DNA of 64,000 nucleotides from Myxococcota bacterium (GTDB lineage Bacteria; Myxococcota_A; SURF-8): NCBI GenBank assembly GCA_963674735.2, contig CAXXQS010000002.1, positions 1,312,001 to 1,376,000 of the forward strand, read 5' to 3'. Shown piece by piece: positions 57,793 to 64,000 of this stretch (position 1 is its first letter; each line of letters starts with the position of its first letter). The notes under the pieces were generated by a model. It saw only the letters and a program-made list of their open reading frames with translations, ran no database searches and was not told where the DNA came from. The position numbers and the translations under genes were made by a program.

Positions 57793-58353
57793 TCAGCCAC
57801 CGATAAAGGAAACGCTGGCGGCGGCGGTGAGCAGTCCCAGAACGGCGCCGGCGGCGACATCCACGGGGAAATGGCGTTCTTTCACCACCCGCGATCCGCC
57901 GATCAAGGCCGCTCCGGCCAGCAAAGCTATCCACGCTAGAGGGGTGGCGAAGAAAAATCCGAACAATGCCGCCAGATTGAAACTTCGGGCCGAATGGATG
58001 GACGGAAACGAGCCTGCATCCACATAATGGAAATAAGCTTTGCAGTTTTTCCATTTCAGAAACATCCACACCTGCCAGAGGCGGAAAGGCCGAGCGGGCC
58101 GATGTCCTTCGGGGTTATCGGGGCGCGGTTTGAAACGATAGACCTTGTAGGTGTTGCTGACGAGGGTAATGATCGCCAGATCGACCAGCGCCACCCACCC
58201 GAGGGTTCGGTCGACGAAGAAAGCCAGTCCGATCAGCAAAATACCGGCGACCAGGGTTCCCCAGAAGCTGATGAATTCCCAGATGATTTTGTTCAGCAAA
58301 CCGACGTCCTTTCCATGGATGAGCGTCTCAGACACGCGGCCGGAATCCTTCAC
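57793..58353 (-). CDS. PAP2 family membrane phosphatase
   Basis: K...KPRP, SFPSIH, SRV...RHFPVDV motifs. Confidence 0.85.
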   Translation of the reverse strand: MKDSGRVSETLIHGKDVGLLNKIIWEFISFWGTLVAGILLIGLAFFVDRTLGWVALVDLAIITLVSNTYKVYRFKPRPDNPEGHRPARPFRLWQVWMFLKWKNCKAYFHYVDAGSFPSIHSARSFNLAALFGFFFATPLAWIALLAGAALIGGSRVVKERHFPVDVAAGAVLGLLTAAASVSFIGG

Positions 58354-59242
58354 CCAGCACTTCGTATACCTGGGTGATGATGATGAAGGCTTTGCGGTCG
58401 ATCTTCTTGACGATTTTCGTGAGGTCGGGCAGCTCTTTGCGCGTGATGACGCAGAAGATCAGTTCCCGTTCACGGTTGGTGTAGAGACCGCGGCCTTTGA
58501 GCGCCGTGCCGCCGCGGCCGAGGTTGTGCAGGATGGCGTCGGACACCTCGTTCATGCGTGAGGTGATGATGAACACGCCGCGCGCGTAGTCCATGCCTTC
58601 CATGATGGCGTCGATGACACGCGAGGAAATCCACAGCGACAACAGGCCGTACATGGCCAGGTCGGCATTGCGGAAACAGATTCCGGCCACCAGAATGATC
58701 AGGGTGTTCAAAATCAGGATGGCCGAGCCATGCTTGAAATTGGTATAACGTGCGATGATCCGGGCGATGGTGCCCGAGCCGGAGGTCGCGCCGCCCATTT
58801 TGATGATGAGGCCGAGGCCGACGCCCATCACGACGCCGCCGAAGACGGGAGCCAGCATGGGGTCGCCGATGTCCACGTGTAAATGGCAGATTTCGTTGGT
58901 GAGATCGGTGAACAGCGAAATCATGACAGTGCCGTAGAGGCTTTTAAAGCCGAAGCTGGTTCCCAAAAGGCGGGTTCCGGCAATGAAAATCGGAATATTG
59001 AACAGCAACAGCGTCAGGCCGGCCGGCCAGCCGAGCAGGTGATTCAACACCACCACCAGACCGGAAATACCACCCGGGGCGATTTTGTAGGGCAGCATGA
59101 AGAGGGTCATCGAGAGGCCGAAAATCGCCGCACCGATCGTAATGACCGCGTATTGCAGGGCGATTTCCTTGGCGGAGCCGGTCCATAGATCGCGCTTGTC
59201 GCGAACTTCTCCCAGGCGTCCCGATATGATTTCGTCACTCAT
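58328..59242 (-). CDS. YitT family membrane protein
   Basis: IAPGGISG, FNIPIF, LGRGGT...G.GLYT, IDRKAF, VLGEGF. Confidence 0.9.
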   Translation of the reverse strand: MSDEIISGRLGEVRDKRDLWTGSAKEIALQYAVITIGAAIFGLSMTLFMLPYKIAPGGISGLVVVLNHLLGWPAGLTLLLFNIPIFIAGTRLLGTSFGFKSLYGTVMISLFTDLTNEICHLHVDIGDPMLAPVFGGVVMGVGLGLIIKMGGATSGSGTIARIIARYTNFKHGSAILILNTLIILVAGICFRNADLAMYGLLSLWISSRVIDAIMEGMDYARGVFIITSRMNEVSDAILHNLGRGGTALKGRGLYTNRERELIFCVITRKELPDLTKIVKKIDRKAFIIITQVYEVLGEGFRPRV

Positions 59243-60096
59243 GATTCATCTTTTCCCGGCCATCCGGCCAGAATGAGAACAATCGCGAATACCAGTACCC
59301 AAGGTGTCGCCGTGAGTAGCAGGCGGCGGATAATCAAATCCCTTACCACGCGTCCGCCGTCTCCCTGTGTCTGGACGATCACCGACAGAATGCGCGCGCC
59401 ACCGAGTCCGTCGAAGGGAATCAGGCGCGCATGATCGTTCAGCGCCTCCGTAGCGGGGGCCGCGTTCGGATCGATGACGTCTTGCAGCGCGACCCCGAGC
59501 CGCAACGCCGCCGCCTCAAGATCGGAACGATAGACGTTCGACTTGGCCAGCACCCACAGTCGTCCGCCCGCCACCGGTTCCGCCACGGCGAACGTCGCCA
59601 GCGGGGCGTCGCCGACGGATTCCAATCCATGGGCGATGCGTCCACCGGGGGGTGCCATGAGCGCATCGGCGGTAGCCGCTTTGGCCAGTTCCAGCCGAGC
59701 CGGATCGACCAACCCCACCCGGGCGGTATCCGGGTAAAGGGAACGAAGGAGCCCTGAATGATCGATTAAGACCAGATTGTCAAGAGAAAAACGTTGGGTC
59801 AGCCGTTTTGCCAGTCCGACTTCTCCATTTTGGGGAGTCTCGCGAGTGGCCATAGCGGTGACATCGGGGTCCTCGGCCAGGGTTTTGAGACGCTTGCGGA
59901 AGGTGTGGGTGTCGTGTTTCAGCGTTTCCGGCAGCGCGGCCACCGCCCGTTCGAGACGGCTTTGCGCTTCGCGGCGCATGACTTCGTCGGCTGCGTCGGG
60001 CAGGGTGGTGAACAAAACGACCAACAGGCCCAGCAGGCCGACCAAGGCGAGGACATTCATCCAACGCAAGCGGGCGGCCGGTGTCAAGCGTGCCAT
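59239..60096 (-). CDS. Two-TM membrane protein with Cache-like periplasmic domain and no cytoplasmic output domain
   Basis: N-terminal TM, ~220-aa periplasmic region with LDNLVLIDHSG, C-terminal TM followed by only ~7 residues. Confidence 0.55.
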   Translation of the reverse strand: MARLTPAARLRWMNVLALVGLLGLLVVLFTTLPDAADEVMRREAQSRLERAVAALPETLKHDTHTFRKRLKTLAEDPDVTAMATRETPQNGEVGLAKRLTQRFSLDNLVLIDHSGLLRSLYPDTARVGLVDPARLELAKAATADALMAPPGGRIAHGLESVGDAPLATFAVAEPVAGGRLWVLAKSNVYRSDLEAAALRLGVALQDVIDPNAAPATEALNDHARLIPFDGLGGARILSVIVQTQGDGGRVVRDLIIRRLLLTATPWVLVFAIVLILAGWPGKDES

Positions 60097-61571
60097 TACA
60101 GCTTCCTCCGGTAGATATCCGCCACTTGCAAGAGGCCGAAGGCATCGAAGGGAGTGGGATTAAAGGCAGGGTCCACCCAATCCACCGCCGGGGCCAGCCG
60201 GTAAAACTCGACCGTTCCGGACGGGTCGGCGCTTTCGGTCGGGTTGAATCCGGACTCCGCCAGCTCGATCTGCCAGTGGGACTGCGTTCGCAAGCGGGCG
60301 AGTTCGGCCACTGAAAGTGCCAGAACATTCACAGGTAATCCGACTCGCTCGGTGGCCAGAGCGATGCGTTCGGCCATCAATACCAGTTCGGGTTGGTTGC
60401 GTCGCACCAGAATCAGGAAGGGATCGTCGGATTCGAACTGGGCGGCTCGTTTCGCGGCCAGTATGGGATCCGGTTTGAAGGCGGCGCAACTATGGCCGAT
60501 GGCTTGACGAAAAGCGGCGGCCATGGCTTTGAGATTGGTTTGACCCTTCTCGTGCAGCGAGGGTCCGGGCGCGAACTGGAGCGCAGGCGCTTTTTCCGAG
60601 GGGAAGGGGGCGCGCGGACGGGTTTCGAAAAGCCGGACGGTCGTTTCGCAGGCCACCAGCGAAGTCAACAACTCCGCCCAGCGTCGGGCCACGTTGGGGG
60701 GGATGGAAGGATTGGGTCGCAGCAGGATGCGGCTGGGGGAAAGGCCGATCTGCCGTCGGGTGTGTTCGCCGGAATCCAGGCGTCCACCCAGAACGGCGGA
60801 AGCCTGGCGGGCATCGAGCGCCGCTTTTTCCGCCTCCTTGGTGTCGACCGTTTCGAAGACGAGGCGATCGAGAAAAGCGCGACCGCCGTGATAGGCGGGG
60901 AATGCGTCCAGGGTGCTGCGGCTCGGCGCGAAGGTCGTCAGGCTGAAGGGGCCGGTTCCGATGGGTTGAAGAATGGGCGTGGTGGAGGCGGCCAGCCGTT
61001 CGGGCAACACGGCCAGGGCGGGGTTTGCCAGACGATGAATGAAGTCGGAGCGGCGCGCGTTCAACTCGAACAACAGTTCATAGGGGCTGACGACCTCGAT
61101 GCGGTCGAGATGGACGAGTGCAGGCGTGATCGGCGATCCCAACTCTGCTTTCCTGATGCGATTCAAACTGGCGGCGACATCGGCGGCGCGGCAGGGCGAG
61201 CCGTCGTGGAAGACGAGGCCTGTTTTCAACCAGACACGCCAGCGGCGGCCGTCGTTTTCCATCTCCCAGCGTTCCGCCAGACAGGGCAAAGCGTTGCGGC
61301 CATCGCTTTTCACCAGCGGCTCGGCGATGAGTGCGGCGGCGTGGCGTTCGCCGGTTGTCGTGGCGAAAGCCGGATCAAGCGTGTCGAACGGCTCGCTCAC
61401 CAGCAGGGTGAAGGTGCCGCCAAAGCCGGGTGGCAGCGCGGCGGATGCACCCACGAGGGTGAGCAGGCCGATGGCCAGCAGCAGCAGAGCTTGTCGGTTG
61501 ACGGTTTTGATCGGGCTCGTTCGGGTCATGCTCGTTTTGCTTTCTCGTTCTGTTGGGTGGACTTTTTTCAT
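60096..61571 (-). CDS. ABC-type substrate-binding protein, family 5 (OppA/DppA-like)
   Basis: TLDPA, EPLV, PCLAERWE, LKTGLVFHDG..AADV.AS, PIGTGPF. Confidence 0.85.
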   Translation of the reverse strand: MKKVHPTERESKTSMTRTSPIKTVNRQALLLLAIGLLTLVGASAALPPGFGGTFTLLVSEPFDTLDPAFATTTGERHAAALIAEPLVKSDGRNALPCLAERWEMENDGRRWRVWLKTGLVFHDGSPCRAADVAASLNRIRKAELGSPITPALVHLDRIEVVSPYELLFELNARRSDFIHRLANPALAVLPERLAASTTPILQPIGTGPFSLTTFAPSRSTLDAFPAYHGGRAFLDRLVFETVDTKEAEKAALDARQASAVLGGRLDSGEHTRRQIGLSPSRILLRPNPSIPPNVARRWAELLTSLVACETTVRLFETRPRAPFPSEKAPALQFAPGPSLHEKGQTNLKAMAAAFRQAIGHSCAAFKPDPILAAKRAAQFESDDPFLILVRRNQPELVLMAERIALATERVGLPVNVLALSVAELARLRTQSHWQIELAESGFNPTESADPSGTVEFYRLAPAVDWVDPAFNPTPFDAFGLLQVADIYRRKL

Positions 61572-62992
61572 CGCTGGTACCAGTCGATCAAAGTGATATT
61601 GCGGCCTTTCAGGTAGCGAGCGGCGGCGACCACTTGTCCCTCCGGACCTTCGGCGGCGGTGACGGCCTGTAACGCACCCGGCAATTCCGGCGAGTGCGAC
61701 TCCTCACGTACCGTGTCGTGCAGGAGACGCCAGAACGTCAAGCGGTCGCGCGTGGGAGTCGGGCGGGCCTGGCTGCAGATTAAAAGCGGCGCTTCCGGTT
61801 CATTGAGCCAACCCGGTTTCTGGCCGCAGCGGATCGCCTCCAAACCGCCGAAGGCGGTTGAAGTCAGCCGTCCATCCACACCGATTTCGATCAAACGTTC
61901 GGGGGCGGCCCCCACAACCGAAATGAACGGACCGCGCACTGTGATGGGTTTAGGGGAAGCGTTTTCCGCTTGTGTAACGATGAGTTGTGGCTTGAAAAGG
62001 TGGGTTCCGGGACGGTAGGTTCCCTGGACCCACGTTTGGCCGAAACATGCCAGCGGGGCATGGGCGAGGCGGTCGGACGGAACCAGCGAGCGTCCGTTCC
62101 ACAGCGCCTGGTGACCATTTGCCTGGCCCGAGATTTGATAGGCCACCCGTGCCGGGGTATTACGTCCACCGCCGCAGACCGTCAGTTCACCGGCTGGCCA
62201 GCGTGAAGATGGGCCGGTGGGCGCGTCGAGGGCTTGGGTGTAACGGAATTCCAATTCGGCTTTCGTCCCGTCGAGCGCGTCGTCGCTCCGACTCCATAGT
62301 TCCAGTCGGTCGGGGAGCAGCAGAATCAGGTCGCGATCGCCATCGCCGTCGAAATCGATCAGCGCCAGATCCAGAACCCGCCCCTCGGTTTGAGCCGCTT
62401 CGCCATGCGTCCAGGACGCGGCGTTGCCGCTGAGTTCTTCCGCCGGTCGGATCAGGGCTGCCCAGTGCGGTGACGGGGCGAGCTGCACGCGTGCTTGTCG
62501 TTCGGGATAAGCCGGACGAGTTGCCAGTGCCGCTCCCCAGCTTCCGCCCTGCAGCCAGAATCCGCGCGCTCGCAACAGCAGTGCGCGTCCGCGAGTGGCC
62601 GCCGATAAATCGAGGACGAGATCCACTCCCAGGCGGTCGAGATGCTCCAAGGCCTCGACGTCCAGGCGGTTGAGGGAAAAAGGCAGGTCGCCGGGTAGCA
62701 GGATTTCGCCGAAACGACCGCTCTGGCGGGCCGCCAGACGGCCCTCGCGTTCCAAGACGGCCGTCAGAGGTGCGGTGGGGTTGTTGCCGCTGTCGCTGCG
62801 GATGAGCAGGGTGCCGCGTACCTGACGGAAGGTCTGTTCGCTGCTGTCCAGCGCGACCAGCAACTGCCCGACGGCCTCTTTCAGCGTGGTCGGGTCGGGG
62901 CTGCGGGACGGGGGCGGATTTTGTGCGCCGATCGGGGTCGATCCCAAAAGGAGCAGAATCAGGACAAGAGTCGTCATGGCGCGTGGTTTCAC
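61568..62992 (-). CDS. Exported hypothetical protein with an FG-GAP/VCBS-like motif
   Basis: Signal peptide; LALIDFDGDGDRDLILL. Confidence 0.6.
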   Translation of the reverse strand: MKPRAMTTLVLILLLLGSTPIGAQNPPPSRSPDPTTLKEAVGQLLVALDSSEQTFRQVRGTLLIRSDSGNNPTAPLTAVLEREGRLAARQSGRFGEILLPGDLPFSLNRLDVEALEHLDRLGVDLVLDLSAATRGRALLLRARGFWLQGGSWGAALATRPAYPERQARVQLAPSPHWAALIRPAEELSGNAASWTHGEAAQTEGRVLDLALIDFDGDGDRDLILLLPDRLELWSRSDDALDGTKAELEFRYTQALDAPTGPSSRWPAGELTVCGGGRNTPARVAYQISGQANGHQALWNGRSLVPSDRLAHAPLACFGQTWVQGTYRPGTHLFKPQLIVTQAENASPKPITVRGPFISVVGAAPERLIEIGVDGRLTSTAFGGLEAIRCGQKPGWLNEPEAPLLICSQARPTPTRDRLTFWRLLHDTVREESHSPELPGALQAVTAAEGPEGQVVAAARYLKGRNITLIDWYQR

Positions 62993-64000
62993 GGGTTGCG
63001 CTCCTGCAAATCGGGGTTGGGTGTGTCGAGTCGGGGTTCGGTGCCGCTGAGGAATAATTCGGATACGGCGCGCGGATCGTCGCCCGGCAGCGCCGCCCCG
63101 GTTTCCGGGTCGATCCAGGTGCCGACCAGCCCGGCCGGTCGCGGGAAGGGATCTACCGGTTGGTCGGCCAAAGCCGCGTCCATGAAATCGATCCAGGCCG
63201 GCAAAGCGGCCCGGCCCCCGGTCTCTCCTCGTCCGAGTGGTCGGCGGTCATCGTAGCCCACCCAGACGCCGCAGGCAAGCGAAGGCGCGATGCCGACAAA
63301 CCAGGCGTCCACCTGATCGTTGGTGGTGCCGGTTTTGCCCGCCAGGGGACGTCCGAGCGAACGGGCGCGGCGGGCAGTGCCGTTTTGCACCACCGACTGC
63401 AGCAGATCGACCATCAAGGCCGTCTCGGCAGGAGTGGCGGCCTGGTGCGGTGCCGGGGTATGCCGATAGAGTACGCGACCGCGGGGATTTCGCACGATTT
63501 CGACCAAGTATGGGGCGTCGCTCATCCCCAGGGCGGCCAGCGACGCATAGGCGTTGACCAGCTCGATCAGGCGGACCTCCGAACTGCCCAGGGCGGTCGT
63601 GAGATTGTTCGCAATCGGGGTGGTGATGCCGAATTCGCGGGCGGTCGCGATAATCGGTTTTAAGCCGAGGTCGTCGGCCAAACGGACGGCGACGGTGTTC
63701 AGCGACTGAGCCAGGGCGCGTCGCAGGGGGAGAAAGCCGCGATACTTCCCGTCGAAATTCTGCGGCGACCAGGTGCGGCCGCCCGCCAGGGGATAGGAAA
63801 GCGGGGCGTCCTCCACCGCTGTGGCGGGGGTGTAGCGATGCGAGCGCAATGCCGTGAGGTAGACAAAGGGTTTGAAGCTGGAGCCGGGCTGGCGTAGCGC
63901 GTCGGTGGCGCGATTGAACGGGCTGAGATAGAAATCGAAGCCGCCGTGCATGGCGCGCAGGGCGTGGGTGGCCGGATCGATGGCCACGATAGCCGACTGG
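62989..64000 (-). CDS. Penicillin-binding protein 1A family, transpeptidase part (5' end outside window)
   Basis: RQPGSSFKP (SxxK), SLN (SxN), GKTGTTND (KTG). Confidence 0.93.
   Translation of the reverse strand, partial: QSAIVAIDPATHALRAMHGGFDFYLSPFNRATDALRQPGSSFKPFVYLTALRSHRYTPATAVEDAPLSYPLAGGRTWSPQNFDGKYRGFLPLRRALAQSLNTVAVRLADDLGLKPIIATAREFGITTPIANNLTTALGSSEVRLIELVNAYASLAALGMSDAPYLVEIVRNPRGRVLYRHTPAPHQAATPAETALMVDLLQSVVQNGTARRARSLGRPLAGKTGTTNDQVDAWFVGIAPSLACGVWVGYDDRRPLGRGETGGRAALPAWIDFMDAALADQPVDPFPRPAGLVGTWIDPETGAALPGDDPRAVSELFLSGTEPRLDTPNPDLQERNP

Overview
A 64-kb chromosomal segment from a GC-rich Gram-negative bacterium. Gene content and signals point to a Myxococcota/deltaproteobacterial lineage (MYXO-CTERM-like tails, Cys-rich acidic lipoproteins, ECF/FecR-TPR module, sigma54 promoter). 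It is mostly core and envelope genes: tolQ-R-A-B-pal, a FadF-like Fe-S membrane oxidoreductase, TPR and LolB-like lipoproteins, a TetR-controlled LolA-like/FtsX ABC operon, a GMC oxidoreductase, dprA-topA-trmFO-pfpI, two glycosyltransferases, rpmB, asd, comF, slyD and a PBP1A-led operon. Five large surface proteins share an Asp-Gly-Asp ('DGD') linker. I saw no rRNA, tRNA, CRISPR array, transposase or integrase. The most unusual part is the ~1.45-kb AT-rich interval 20540-21990. It holds a near-consensus sigma54 promoter with IHF-like and enhancer-like sites. This promoter would drive a ~450-nt leftward RNA made of two domains, each closed by a perfect 12- or 14-bp long-range stem, flanking a 27-codon ORF too short for the ORF track. 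The same interval has a pair of identical-arm 25-bp palindromes. Other highlights are four operator-like dyads at exact 16-bp period before the TetR gene, a 14x EEDERRQR putative single-alpha-helix spacer protein, a lipoprotein with apparent anchors at both ends, and a 12-Cys insert at the tip of a large Ig/PKD lipoprotein. All product calls come from motif recognition by eye; no database searches were run.
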